Shown here: positions 43,389 through 54,043 of the stretch, piece by piece
How positions within the stretch are numbered: position 1 is the first letter of the stretch
How the letters are laid out: each line of letters opens with the position of its first letter
Origin: Anaerolinea sp.
Lineage (GTDB): Bacteria > Chloroflexota > Anaerolineae > Promineifilales > Promineifilaceae
DNA: 64,000 nucleotides
Direction: 5' to 3'
NCBI GenBank assembly: GCA_014879875.1
Contig: JACSRF010000600.1
Span: 3,005 to 67,004, forward strand
Notes under the pieces: model-generated
Told to the model about the DNA's origin: nothing
Database searches by the model: none
The model's input: only the letters and a program-made list of their open reading frames with translations
Position numbers and translations under genes: made by a program

Positions 43389-45482
43389 TCAAGGCGCAAC
43401 GCTATACACAGAAAAAACGTACTGCTGCCGCTCATTCCAGAATTCATAATAAGTTCCACCAGGGAACACGGCACGCACGTGCTCCAATTCATGCGCACGC
43501 TCTGGTAAAAAAATAAAAAGGGTAGGCCCATACAGGTTTAAACGAGCGGGCTGTGTCAATGGCTCAATGACATCTTCGCCGACCATATCCGGAACCAGAT
43601 AGGGAATCGTGGACAGGCTGTAATACCCCATACGTGGTACGCCAAAAAAATAAACGTGCTGTTGGCGCGTCTCTTGCTCGCGCAAATAGATAGCAATATC
43701 AGTGGCCGTTTCCGTGTTCCATCCACCTAATACATAATGATCGTAAACCTTAAAAAAATAATAGTGAACGTCAAGCACGGCCGTCCACAGCATTACCAGC
43801 AAAGCTCCCGTAATAACCACTTTTGCGCGCGACGGCCACAACTGGCGCAGCCAGGCAACGGCCTGCCCTAACGGCAGCGCCATGATGATCGCCACCAACG
43901 GAATTGACATAATGTATCGTTGTGAGGCGGGCGGATCCAGGCTAAACCCACTGGCAACAACGGCCGCCCCCAAAGGCAGCAGCAGCAGCAAATAGCGCAA
44001 ATCAAAGGAAAGCAGCGACCAGGCCAACCCAATCAAAAACAATGTCGCCGCCCCTGTCAGCAGCAGCGGCACGCCAGGGTCATAGAGCAGGCGCAAGGGC
44101 TGATGAGTAAAGCCTAACGCGGCCGTCGCCATCTGCCCCACAATGATCGCTGCGGCCGTTTTTTCTTCGCGCTGCATGGTGTCTTCCAACCAGCCATCAA
44201 AAACAGTTACCCGCTGTAACGGCGCATTAAAATTATCGGGGGATGAAGCAAACAGCACCGCCAACGGCAAAAACACAATGACGGCCACATAGACTGACAG
44301 GAGCAGCCCGGCAAAACGCTGCCGCAGCAAAGCGCGCTCCCCAATCAAGGCAGCGACGCCCCACATCATAAACAACAAAGGTAAAATACGGATACTGACG
44401 TAAAAATATTGTCCCAACCCCACCGCAATCCCACTCAAGAGCAAACTGGCGCGACGGCCGTAACGCCAACCATGCCACAAGCCGGCAATCGCCACCGTCG
44501 CAAACAATCCATCCCAGATATTATTCAAGCCAATGCGGCTCATGTGAATGTGGTAATGAGAGGCCAACAAATACAACGCCGCCAGCCCCCCCGTAACCCG
44601 ATCAAACATGGAGCGTCCCAACCAATAAACGGCCGTCACCGTCAATGCCCCAGCCACGGCCGACGTCAGCCGCAGCGCGGCCGTTGTATTGCCCATTAGC
44701 CAGATACCCACACTCTGCACAGCAAAATAAAAGGAGGGGAAAGAAAACCAGCCAAAGGAAAAGAGGTTGTTGACATCCCCCTTGAGAAAACTAACAGCCA
44801 CCAGACCAGACGATCCCTCATCGCCAGAAAGTGTCGTGGGAATCGTCTCCATGAACAGGCCGCGCAGCAAAAAAGCGCCACTAAACAGGACGGCCGTCAG
44901 CAGCAAATCGCGCCGTGTAACCCGCAGCGACAACGACTCACCCAGCTGCCAACTGCCCACAAGCGCCAGCACAATAGACGACAGCCAGGCAACATTAGCC
45001 ACCAACGGCTGCCGCGCCACCAACAGCGGTCCGGCAGCCAGCAAAGCCATCACCCCCAAAAAAGGCGCCAGCAGCAGCAGCGGGACCTGCCCCGGCGTCA
45101 CTTGTAACCGCCCTGCCGCCCATTGCAGCGACGACAACAACCATTGGGGAAGCTGTGGGTGGCGAGCAATTCGTCCTGCTGCCAGAAAAAGCAGCAGCCC
45201 CAACAACATCAGCGCAAACACAACCCAACGCTGCGGCAAAGGAACATGCCGGTACGCCCCTTGCCCCAAGAAAACCAACAACCCTCCGCTGACTAACAGC
45301 CCCACTACCGGCCAGCGTACAACCTCAGCAGGGAGTAAGGTAGATGACGATCCACCAGCTTCCCGCCACCACCAGATTGGTTTTCCTGTTAAACGGCTCT
45401 TGCGCGCGCGATACCAGGCATAAAATACGCCACCTAACAAAGGAAAGGCCACCAGCCATAAATAAAATAATTCTATCGGCAT
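43389..45482 (-). CDS. GT39/ArnT-like membrane glycosyltransferase (second copy)
   Basis: ORF 43389..45554. I prefer ATG 45482 (MPIELFYLW...), preceded by GGGAGGG. Polytopic, with SGDEGSSGL and ArnT-like loops. Confidence 0.8.
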   Translation of the reverse strand: MPIELFYLWLVAFPLLGGVFYAWYRARKSRLTGKPIWWWREAGGSSSTLLPAEVVRWPVVGLLVSGGLLVFLGQGAYRHVPLPQRWVVFALMLLGLLLFLAAGRIARHPQLPQWLLSSLQWAAGRLQVTPGQVPLLLLAPFLGVMALLAAGPLLVARQPLVANVAWLSSIVLALVGSWQLGESLSLRVTRRDLLLTAVLFSGAFLLRGLFMETIPTTLSGDEGSSGLVAVSFLKGDVNNLFSFGWFSFPSFYFAVQSVGIWLMGNTTAALRLTSAVAGALTVTAVYWLGRSMFDRVTGGLAALYLLASHYHIHMSRIGLNNIWDGLFATVAIAGLWHGWRYGRRASLLLSGIAVGLGQYFYVSIRILPLLFMMWGVAALIGERALLRQRFAGLLLSVYVAVIVFLPLAVLFASSPDNFNAPLQRVTVFDGWLEDTMQREEKTAAAIIVGQMATAALGFTHQPLRLLYDPGVPLLLTGAATLFLIGLAWSLLSFDLRYLLLLLPLGAAVVASGFSLDPPASQRYIMSIPLVAIIMALPLGQAVAWLRQLWPSRAKVVITGALLVMLWTAVLDVHYYFFKVYDHYVLGGWNTETATDIAIYLREQETRQQHVYFFGVPRMGYYSLSTIPYLVPDMVGEDVIEPLTQPARLNLYGPTLFIFLPERAHELEHVRAVFPGGTYYEFWNERQQYVFSVYSVAP

Positions 45483-45540
45483 AAACACCCTCCCTATCAA
45501 CATTACCGCAATCTCCGCGACCTTGCTACAATCCGCAAAC

Positions 45541-46695
45541 ATGGACGGCCGCACCAGACAGTTAGTACAGGCATTGCACGATCACCCGGCGCAGATCGTA
45601 TTTGTCGCTGCCGGCGCCGGCACGCAAGCCCTCTCCGACATATTGGGCGTATCTGGGGCGTCACGCACCTTACTCGAAGCCGTCGTGCCCTACAGCGCGG
45701 CAGCCCTCGACGAATTTCTCGGCCAAACGCCGGCGCAATACGTAGCTGCAGAAACCGCAAGGCTGTTGGCCGGGCGCGCCTTCACCCGCGCCCGCTGGCT
45801 GCGTCCCAACAACGATCCGGTCATCGGGTTGGCTTGCACCGCCACCATCATCACCGACCGTCCCAAACGAGGCGAACATCGCGCCCACGTCGCCATCTGG
45901 CATACGCGCAAACTAACGGAATATGGACTCTATCTGCACAAAGGGTTACGCAGCCGCAGCGAAGAAGAAGAGATGGTCAGCCACCTGTTGCTCAATGCTC
46001 TGGCTGAAGCGTGCGCGCTGCCACACCGCTTACCTTTACCCCTGCAACCAGGCGACCGATTGGAAACAGTCACCCATGACTTTGCCCAGGTGGCGCAACA
46101 ATTAACAGATGGAGCCATCCCCTTCTTCGGGTTACAGGCACACGGCCTCATCTGCGTGGCCGACGCGCGGCCGCAACTGATACTGTCCGGCGCATTCAAC
46201 CCACTGCACGATGGACACCTGGCGATGGCAAACGCTGCCAGCCAGGTTTTGGGCAAACCGGTTGCCTTTGAAATCGCAGCCGTCAACGCGGATAAACCCT
46301 CACTGGAGGTAAACACCCTGCTCGACCGCCTGGCGCAGTTTGCCGGCCGTTACGCCGTCTACGCCAGCAATGCCCCAACCTTTGTCGAAAAAACGCGCAT
46401 TTATCCGGGAGCCAACTTCATTGTTGGCTATGATACGGTGCAGCGCATTCTACAGCCCCGCTATTACGGAAATAGCGAACAACAGATGTGCGCCGCTCTC
46501 CATGAAATTCGCGCGCAAAGCTGCCGTTTCCTCGTGGCCGGCCGTCGCGCGCCCGACGGTCAATTTTATGAACTCACCGACCTCTTCATCCCCTCAAACT
46601 GCGATGATTTGTTCCAGCCCATTCCTGCCAACCTATTCCGCATGGACATCTCCTCCACCCGCCTCCGCGCCACCCACGCCAGGAGCAGTCGGTAA
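45541..46695 (+). CDS. two-domain protein: CinA/PncC-like N-terminal half plus HxGH cytidylyltransferase-like nucleotidyltransferase
   Basis: MDGRTRQLVQALHDHPAQIVFVAAGAGTQALSDILGVSGASRTLLEAVVPYS (CinA-C-like). The C-terminal half has LILSGAFNPLHDGHLAMA (HxGH) and ISSTRLR (ISSTxxR). Confidence 0.7.
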   Translation: MDGRTRQLVQALHDHPAQIVFVAAGAGTQALSDILGVSGASRTLLEAVVPYSAAALDEFLGQTPAQYVAAETARLLAGRAFTRARWLRPNNDPVIGLACTATIITDRPKRGEHRAHVAIWHTRKLTEYGLYLHKGLRSRSEEEEMVSHLLLNALAEACALPHRLPLPLQPGDRLETVTHDFAQVAQQLTDGAIPFFGLQAHGLICVADARPQLILSGAFNPLHDGHLAMANAASQVLGKPVAFEIAAVNADKPSLEVNTLLDRLAQFAGRYAVYASNAPTFVEKTRIYPGANFIVGYDTVQRILQPRYYGNSEQQMCAALHEIRAQSCRFLVAGRRAPDGQFYELTDLFIPSNCDDLFQPIPANLFRMDISSTRLRATHARSSR

Positions 46696-46707
46696 ACCGT
46701 GAAGGGA

Positions 46708-47424
46708 TTACGGATTACGAATTACAATTTGAGTCGGTTGTGACAGCTTGACGATGCTCTGCCCAGGGTAAACCCCTTTGCGCAGGCTGAGATTGGCATA
46801 GACGAGGGTGTGTGGCCCCACAATACAGCCAGGATTAAGCACCGCATTGCAGCCGGTTTGCACGTAGTCGCCCAAAATCGCGCCCAGCTTTGCCAGCCCC
46901 GTATCACAAGCCACGCCATCAATGGTCAAGATGATGGACGGCCGTTTCCCCGTCACCTCATCCTTCGCACTCAACATCCCTAAATTACTCAGCTTCGTCC
47001 CTGCGCCCAAATTCACATGCTGCCCCAGCACACTATCCCCCACATAATTAAAGTGCGGCGCGGCCGCGCGCGGCAAAAACAAACTATTCTTCGCCTCGCT
47101 GGCATGTCCCAAAATGCTCCCCGCCAGCAAAATCACATCCTCACGCACAAACGCCCCATGCCGCACCACCGCTCCCGGCCCAATATATGCCGGTCCTTGC
47201 ACGTAAGCGCCCGGCTCAATCCGCGCTCCGACGCCAATATAAATTGGGCGGTCGCCTAGATAAGCGCCCGGCATCACCTCACCTAAAATCGTCTGCCCAT
47301 CCCCGACTAAGCGCGCTACCTGCTGCTTAATGCGCGCCACCACATCCCACACATACTCACACCCCGCAAACAACTCCGCCACCAGCGGATCCGTCAAATC
47401 AAAAAAATCTCCTGGTTGCAACAT
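46708..47424 (-). CDS. left-handed beta-helix (hexapeptide-repeat) transferase-like protein
   Basis: Hexapeptide periodicity throughout (…IGVGARIEPGAYVQGPAYIGPGAVVRHGAFVRE…). Start ambiguous: 47424 ATG or 47445 GTG. Confidence 0.65.
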   Translation of the reverse strand: MLQPGDFFDLTDPLVAELFAGCEYVWDVVARIKQQVARLVGDGQTILGEVMPGAYLGDRPIYIGVGARIEPGAYVQGPAYIGPGAVVRHGAFVREDVILLAGSILGHASEAKNSLFLPRAAAPHFNYVGDSVLGQHVNLGAGTKLSNLGMLSAKDEVTGKRPSIILTIDGVACDTGLAKLGAILGDYVQTGCNAVLNPGCIVGPHTLVYANLSLRKGVYPGQSIVKLSQPTQIVIRNP

Positions 47425-47669
47425 ACCGTCACCCTTTACACTCAATAATAAACCGTAATTGGTTCGCCCGTTGCTAAGGAACGAGAATTAAACAACTTGA
47501 ACATTTAACCGGCTAAAGCCTCGACTCCAAGGGATAAGTCATTTAAGCGCCATTCCTAATCACCGATTACCGACCACTGATTACTGATTACTGACGCCCG
47601 ATTGTATGCAAAGAAAGAGCGATAGCAAGTTGTATGAGATACAATCACACTGTTACAATGTGAACGACT

Positions 47670-50600
47670 ATGGACTTTGACCTGCAACCACTTATCGCCT
47701 ATATCCCCATGGATCGCCGCCAGGCCATCGCCTACGGGAAAACCTTGCCTGACCGCACAGTTGGCGCGGCCCTCTTTGCCGACATCTCCGGCTTTACGCC
47801 GCTCACAGAAGCGCTGGCCACGGAGTTAGGACAACGGCGCGGCGCGGAAGAGTTGACGCGCCAACTCAACGCCGTCTATACGGCGCTGGTGGAACGTGTT
47901 CACCAATATGGCGGCAGCGTTATCAGTTTTAGCGGCGACGCCATTACCTGCTGGTTTAACAAAGATGATGGTGTGCGCGCCACCGGCTGCGCACTGGCAA
48001 TTCAACGTGTCATGCAATCCTTTGCTCAGGTCAGCACCCCTGGCGGTAAAGTCGTGTCCCTGGCAATCAAAGTTGCCCTGACCACCGGCAGCGTGCGCCG
48101 CTTCATTGTCGGCGACCCACACATTCAACAAATTGACATCCTGGCGGGCGCTACCCTTGACCACATGGCGGCCGCTGAAAAACATACGGAAAAAGGGGAA
48201 ATTGTCATCGGGCCTGAAGGTATGGCCGCTTTACAAAAGAAAGTCAACGTCGTCACCTGGCGCGAAGATGAAAAAACAGGCGCGCGCTACGCCGTTGTGG
48301 ATGGCCTGCTGGTTCCTGTCACCCTATCTGCTCCGTGGCCGGCATTAAGCGCCACAGCGCTGACGCCGGAACAGGTGCGCCCCTGGCTGCTGCCCCCCAT
48401 CTACGAGCGGCTGCGCCGTGAACAAGGGCAGTTCCTGGCCGAACTGCGCCCGGCAGTGACCTTGTTCCTGCGCTTTACCGGCCTGGATTATGATGGGGAT
48501 GACGCCGCCGGCGCTAAATTGGATGCCTATATTCGCTGGGCGCAAAATGTGATGGCGCGTTATGAAGGATACCTGTTGCAAGTCACTGTTGGCGACAAAG
48601 GCAGTTATTTTTACGCCGCCTATGGCGCACCCATCTCGCATGGGGATGATGCGCAGCGGGCTGTCGCCGCAGCCATCGAACTGCGCTCCCCGCCACCTGA
48701 GTTTGATTTTATTGCCAATATTCAAATCGGGATCAGCCAGGGACGTATGCGTACCGGCGCGTATGGCGGCGAAATGCGCCTGACCTATGGCGTGTTGGGA
48801 GATGAAGTCAACACCTCCGCGCGGCTGATGGGGATAGCACAGCCAGGGCAAGTGTTGGTGAGCCACCACGTAGCAGATCTGATTTCGCGGCAGTATGAAT
48901 GCCGCAGCCTGGGGTTAATTGCGCTAAAAGGCAAAAAGGAACCGCTGCCAGTTTGTGAAGTCCTGGCGCGGCGGCAACCTTCATCGCAACGGCCGTCTTC
49001 CCTCTTCACACATCCACTGGTAGGGCGGGAACAGGATCTGCAACAAATGGCTGCACGGGTGCAGCCGGCGCTGGCAGGGCAAGGACAAATTCTACGTATT
49101 AGCGGCAGCGCCGGCGTGGGTAAAAGTCACCTGGCGGCCGAATTCAGTGAACGGGCGCTGCAAACTGGATTCCATCTGGTGGTCGGTTCCTGCCAGAGTA
49201 CCACGCAGGGCGCCCCTTACTATCCCTGGCGGCAGGTGTTTCGCGCATTTTTTGCCCTGGAAGGGGAAACGGCCGTTCCCGACCATGCCGCACAAACACA
49301 ACAGGCAATTGCCCAGGTCGAAGCCCACCTCAACAAATTGAATCCTGACTGGACTTTGCGTCTACCCCTCATTGGTGATTTGCTCAATCTGCCCATCCCA
49401 GACAATAACGTTACCGCGTCGTTTGACCCGCGTTTGCGTCAGGAGGCGTTGTTCACGTTGGCAGTTGACATGCTGCAACAGTGGGCCGGGGAACGGCCGC
49501 TGCTGCTGCTGCTGGAAGACGTTCACTGGATGGACGAAGCCTCCCTCGGCCTCACCGTCACCCTCGGCCGCGCCATCGTCAATGCGCCCATCGCCATCCT
49601 GCTGGTGCAGCGCCCTCCCCGGCAAGCAGACAAACCCATCCTGCCCGAACTAGACGCCTTACCGTATCATCACGCTCTTGACCTGAACGAACTATCCGAC
49701 GCCGGCGTCACCGCCCTCGTCAGCAACCGGCTTGGCAGCGAACCGACACAGCTTACCCTCGACCTGCTGCAAGCACAGGCGCAGGGCAATCCATACTTTG
49801 TTGAAGAACTGGTTGTGGCGCTGCGTGAAGCGGGACATCTCTACCTCAACGAAACCGACCATACCTGGCGTCTGTCAGATAGCATCTTCAACGCGCTGCG
49901 CCAGGCGAACTGCCTGGTTAAACAAGGCGGAGAATGGATGCTGGCGCCCAACATCTCGCTTTCTGTCGCCGACCTGGGCATTCCCGACTCCATTCACGGC
50001 ATTGTTCTCTCTCGTCTGGACCGGCTGGATGAGGAAGAAAAATTGACGTTGAAGGTCGCCAGCGTGATCGGCCGTACCTTTGGGTTGGTACTGCTCGACC
50101 ATGCCCACCCCGCACAGCCCACTCTGGTCGTCTTGCAAGAACAAGTTAGCCACATCGAAGAGCGCGACTTCGTCCGCCTGGAGATCCCTGCTCCTCAACT
50201 CATTTACCTCTTCAAGCACAATACCACCCAAGAAGTGGCTTACGAAACCTTGCTGTTCGCCCAGCGTCGCGCCCTGCACAACGTCGTCGCCGAATGGTAT
50301 GAAACCACTTATGATGATGGGCAATACACACAGAATTCCGCATTGGCGCCCCATTATCCGCTGCTCGCTTATCATTGGCGGCGCGCAGAAAACCCAGAGA
50401 AAGAGCGTTTTTATACTCACCTGGCCGGGGAACAGGCAGCCACCCGCTTTGCGAACGAAGAAGCCATCACTTATTTCACGCGCGCCCTGGAACTGACGCC
50501 CACAGATGATTTGCAGGCACACTACCAGCTTACGCTGATGCGCGAAGCAGTCTACCACCTGGCCGGAATGCGCGACGAGCAGGCGCAAGACCTGGTGCAG

Positions 50601-51803
50601 TTGCGAACCCTGGCAGAACGCATCAACAACCCGCACATCCATGCTGAAGTCACGCTGCGCTATGCCAATTACTATGAAGCGATGAGCGACTACGGTTCAG
50701 CCCAAATGATCGCCCAACAAGCCGTACAATGGGCAGAGATGGCGACAAACCCAGACTTAAAAATTAGGGGTCTTATTGCCTGGGGGTTGGCCTTATGGCG
50801 GCGCGGCGCATTGGATGAAGCACAACATCATCTGGAAAAGGCGCTATCGCTGGCTCATGCACAAAACAACAAAGCAGGCGAAGCAACCAGCCTGCATCAC
50901 CTGGGTACTGTGTCTTACTATTTTGGTGATCTGGAAAATGCCAGAAAATATTTAGAAGAGGCGCTAGAACTACGACGACAACTGGAAGCGCTGCCCGATC
51001 AAGCAGGCAGTCTGACAAATCTGGTAGGGGTGTACCATGCGCTGGGAGACTTCTCTAAGAGCGAAGAATACGGCCGTCAGGCGCTAACGATTTATCAAGC
51101 CATTGGCAACCGGCGCGAAGAGGCAACGGCGCTCAACAATTTGGCAGCCATTCACCACACGCTCGGAAATTTGCAAGTAGCACGTGATGAGCACCAACGG
51201 GCATGGACGCTTTATCAGGCGCTAGGAAACCGTTCAGGGGAATCCCTGGCAGCCATTAATTTGGCGCTTGTCCTGCATGATTTAGGGCACAATACAGAAG
51301 CTTATCACTTTGCGCAGCAAGCTGTGTCCATAGACAGGTCTATTGGCGATAAAGTCGGGCAAGGGTACAGCCTGACAACGCTAGGGTTGGCGCTTGAAGG
51401 TCTACAACGGTGGGGTGAAGCCCAACAGATGTATCATGAAGCAATGATTATTAGAAAAGAGATTGGTCAACATGCCAACGCCATTGATGATATAACCGGG
51501 CTGGCGCGTGTAGCCTTATATCAAGACCATCATCATGAGGCGCTCAAGCTTACACAAGAAGCAATCGAATGGATTGAGCAATATGGCGTCCACGGAAGTG
51601 AATACCCGATACGGGTCTACTTAACGCTTACAGATATTTTAACCACCTCTGCCAAGGCGCAGCAGGTGGCAAAAATCTTAGAAGACGCGAATAAGCTGTT
51701 ACAAGAACAAGCAGCCCAAATTAGCGACGAACAAACCAGACGTGAATTTCTGCAACAAGTCCCACTGCATCAGGAACTCTATACCCGGCTTTTGCACCTT
51801 TAA
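47670..51803 (+). CDS. class III adenylate/guanylate cyclase (two CHD domains) - AAA/STAND ATPase - TPR protein
   Basis: 1377 aa. Cyclase domains (FADISGFTPLTE; FLRFTG...GDKGSYFYAAYGAP...GDEVNTSARL), P-loop GSAGVGKSH, and C-terminal TPR repeats. Confidence 0.88.
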   Translation: MDFDLQPLIAYIPMDRRQAIAYGKTLPDRTVGAALFADISGFTPLTEALATELGQRRGAEELTRQLNAVYTALVERVHQYGGSVISFSGDAITCWFNKDDGVRATGCALAIQRVMQSFAQVSTPGGKVVSLAIKVALTTGSVRRFIVGDPHIQQIDILAGATLDHMAAAEKHTEKGEIVIGPEGMAALQKKVNVVTWREDEKTGARYAVVDGLLVPVTLSAPWPALSATALTPEQVRPWLLPPIYERLRREQGQFLAELRPAVTLFLRFTGLDYDGDDAAGAKLDAYIRWAQNVMARYEGYLLQVTVGDKGSYFYAAYGAPISHGDDAQRAVAAAIELRSPPPEFDFIANIQIGISQGRMRTGAYGGEMRLTYGVLGDEVNTSARLMGIAQPGQVLVSHHVADLISRQYECRSLGLIALKGKKEPLPVCEVLARRQPSSQRPSSLFTHPLVGREQDLQQMAARVQPALAGQGQILRISGSAGVGKSHLAAEFSERALQTGFHLVVGSCQSTTQGAPYYPWRQVFRAFFALEGETAVPDHAAQTQQAIAQVEAHLNKLNPDWTLRLPLIGDLLNLPIPDNNVTASFDPRLRQEALFTLAVDMLQQWAGERPLLLLLEDVHWMDEASLGLTVTLGRAIVNAPIAILLVQRPPRQADKPILPELDALPYHHALDLNELSDAGVTALVSNRLGSEPTQLTLDLLQAQAQGNPYFVEELVVALREAGHLYLNETDHTWRLSDSIFNALRQANCLVKQGGEWMLAPNISLSVADLGIPDSIHGIVLSRLDRLDEEEKLTLKVASVIGRTFGLVLLDHAHPAQPTLVVLQEQVSHIEERDFVRLEIPAPQLIYLFKHNTTQEVAYETLLFAQRRALHNVVAEWYETTYDDGQYTQNSALAPHYPLLAYHWRRAENPEKERFYTHLAGEQAATRFANEEAITYFTRALELTPTDDLQAHYQLTLMREAVYHLAGMRDEQAQDLVQLRTLAERINNPHIHAEVTLRYANYYEAMSDYGSAQMIAQQAVQWAEMATNPDLKIRGLIAWGLALWRRGALDEAQHHLEKALSLAHAQNNKAGEATSLHHLGTVSYYFGDLENARKYLEEALELRRQLEALPDQAGSLTNLVGVYHALGDFSKSEEYGRQALTIYQAIGNRREEATALNNLAAIHHTLGNLQVARDEHQRAWTLYQALGNRSGESLAAINLALVLHDLGHNTEAYHFAQQAVSIDRSIGDKVGQGYSLTTLGLALEGLQRWGEAQQMYHEAMIIRKEIGQHANAIDDITGLARVALYQDHHHEALKLTQEAIEWIEQYGVHGSEYPIRVYLTLTDILTTSAKAQQVAKILEDANKLLQEQAAQISDEQTRREFLQQVPLHQELYTRLLHL

Positions 51804-51910
51804 CGATGGCTTTGGCGCAGTCCAATGTCTATGCGGAACCTGTCGAAGCATACATAGTTGATGTCCAGGTGCTGCGCGTGATAACTCAGGCAGACACAAG
51901 CTGGTCCAGT

Positions 51911-52489
51911 TTAATTGCAAGGCGCGCCAACCACCAGAAATTGTTCGGCGACCCAGCCTTCATCACCGCCTAACACCCGTACTTTACGCCAGGTAAAATT
52001 ATTGACCGTGACCGGTTCCTCATCGAGCAGCGTCACAATGGTCCCTTCCGCCAGCACGCGGATCTCATCGCCTGCCGGCGCTGTGCGCAATGTCAGGCCG
52101 CTCCCCCCCGTATTTTCGATGGAAGCGCGGCAGACAACAGGGGTGACTGTTGGCGTTGGCAGCGTCAGATCAGGCGTGGGGCTGGGCGTTTCGGTCGGGG
52201 GGAAGGTTTGAATGACCTGCGTTGGCGTACTGGCGGTCCCTCCCTCACTGGCGTTTCCCGCCTCGGCCGCATCGGCGGCCAGGTTTTGTTGGCGTTCGAG
52301 CGCCAATAGGCTGACAGAAGCCAGGAACAGCAGCACGCTGAACAGCAAGCTGAACCCGGCGCGGCGCAGCATCGCTTCACGTTCCAAGGTGTAGAAGCGC
52401 GCTCCACCCCGGCGAATGCCGCGATAAGCAGCCAGGGCCATAACCAGGCCGGCCAGGGCGAGGGCGATGGGGATAAATAGACCGCTCAT
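51911..52489 (-). CDS. membrane-anchored bacterial SH3-domain protein
   Basis: 192 aa. Two N-terminal TM helices, a P/T-rich linker, and a C-terminal SH3_3-like region (GLTLRTAPAGDEIRVLAEGTIVTLL...WRKV). Confidence 0.65.
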   Translation of the reverse strand: MSGLFIPIALALAGLVMALAAYRGIRRGGARFYTLEREAMLRRAGFSLLFSVLLFLASVSLLALERQQNLAADAAEAGNASEGGTASTPTQVIQTFPPTETPSPTPDLTLPTPTVTPVVCRASIENTGGSGLTLRTAPAGDEIRVLAEGTIVTLLDEEPVTVNNFTWRKVRVLGGDEGWVAEQFLVVGAPCN

Positions 52490-53142
52490 AAAGCTAAATC
52501 ATGCGCCGTGATAGGGCCTGGACGTAACAGGCGCGGCGGATTCGTGGTACAGTCAACGACAGTGGATGCCTGACCTTGTGGCGACGGGCCACCATCCAGG
52601 ACAACCGCAACCATACCGTCCAGGGCCGCTAATGCTTGCGCTGCTGTTTGCGCCGGTGGCTGCCCCGATAAATTGGCGCTGGTGGCAGCGACTGCGCCAC
52701 CGGCTGCGCGAATCAGGGCGCGGGCGGCCGTACAATCAGGGATACGCACGGCAATGGTTTCGTCAGTCGAAAGGATGGCTGGTAGTTCCGGCCGTTTGCG
52801 CACAACGAGCGTCAGCGGGCCGGGCCAAAATTGCTGAATGTAGCGTTGGGCAAGGGGGGGTAGGGACAAGGATACGTTCTCCAGGTCTGACAGGTCGGCC
52901 AGGAGGATGGGGATGCTTTTGGTGAACGGCCGTAACTTGACGGCGTATAAACAGGCAATGGCGGCTGGCTGAAAAGCGTGCGCGCCGAGGCCGTAAACGG
53001 TATCGGTAGGGAAAACAACTAATTCGCCTTGTTGCAGCAAAGCGGCCGTTTTAACAATTGCGTCCGGCAAATGCGCTGGCCATAGTTGTGTCTGTCGTTG
53101 CGCCGAAGATTGCGGCGGCGTTACCAACTGTTCATCTCTCAT
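52486..53142 (-). CDS. tsaC: L-threonylcarbamoyladenylate synthase (Sua5/YrdC/YwlC family)
   Basis: 218 aa. VVFPTDTVYGLGA and SANLSGQPP motifs. Confidence 0.88.
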   Translation of the reverse strand: MRDEQLVTPPQSSAQRQTQLWPAHLPDAIVKTAALLQQGELVVFPTDTVYGLGAHAFQPAAIACLYAVKLRPFTKSIPILLADLSDLENVSLSLPPLAQRYIQQFWPGPLTLVVRKRPELPAILSTDETIAVRIPDCTAARALIRAAGGAVAATSANLSGQPPAQTAAQALAALDGMVAVVLDGGPSPQGQASTVVDCTTNPPRLLRPGPITAHDLAL

Positions 53143-53999
53143 TGAATATTGCTGATCATCACAATTCTGTCGTGTCCGGCCAGATCGGGGGAAACTTGAA
53201 TGTGGGCTGTGGGGAAGCAGGTCTGCGCCACTTCATAGACGACCAATCCTTGTCGCCAACCGATTTCCAGAAAAATTGCGCCACCAGGGTTCAGTTTTGC
53301 CGTTGCTTGCTGCAGCAGTTCCTCAATTAAATCAAGCCCATCGCGTCCCCCTTTCAGGGCAACGGCCGGTTCGTGTAATTTTACCCCATCATCAAGGGCA
53401 GTCCACTCCGCATCGGTCACGTAAGGTAGATTGGCGACGATTACATCCACCGCATGAGTAAGAGGTGAGAGCAAGTGTCCCTGGTGAAATTGAATCCGCC
53501 CCGGGGCCAGGCGTTGGGCGTTTGCTTGCGCCACCGCCAACGCCGCCGCCGCAATGTCTATGGCGATAACCTCTGCTTGTAACAGTTGGCGCGCCAGGGT
53601 GATGGCAATGCAGCCGCTGCCTGTCCCTACATCTACCAGAATGGGCAACGGCCGTTCCTCTCCCCATCGCGCGCGCACCCATTTAATCACCCGCTCCACC
53701 AGCAGTTCTGTTTCCGGCCGGGGGATGAGGACGGCTGGCGTCACCTGGAACTCGCAGTCGTAAAAGGGCGCCGCGCCAATCAGGTAGGGAATGGGTTCTT
53801 TTTGCCGGGCGCGGGCGATGAGACGCCGATATTGTTGAGTTTGGTCGGCCGTTAATGGTGTTTCGGGGTGCGCCACCAGGTAACTGTGCGTCACGCGCAG
53901 CAGATGTTGCAGCAGCAGCCGCGCATCTAGCTCTGGCGTGGGAGACGTGGCCTGGAGTTGGGAACGGCCGTAAAGGAGCGCCTCAGCAATGGTCATCAT
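53139..53999 (-). CDS. prmC: peptide chain release factor N5-glutamine methyltransferase
   Basis: 286 aa. VDVGTGSGCIAI SAM motif. The catalytic tetrapeptide reads NLPY rather than the canonical NPPY. Confidence 0.85.
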   Translation of the reverse strand: MMTIAEALLYGRSQLQATSPTPELDARLLLQHLLRVTHSYLVAHPETPLTADQTQQYRRLIARARQKEPIPYLIGAAPFYDCEFQVTPAVLIPRPETELLVERVIKWVRARWGEERPLPILVDVGTGSGCIAITLARQLLQAEVIAIDIAAAALAVAQANAQRLAPGRIQFHQGHLLSPLTHAVDVIVANLPYVTDAEWTALDDGVKLHEPAVALKGGRDGLDLIEELLQQATAKLNPGGAIFLEIGWRQGLVVYEVAQTCFPTAHIQVSPDLAGHDRIVMISNIQ

Positions 54000-54043
54000 G
54001 GCTCTTGTGTAATATGCGCCAACCCAACAACACAGATTCCGGT

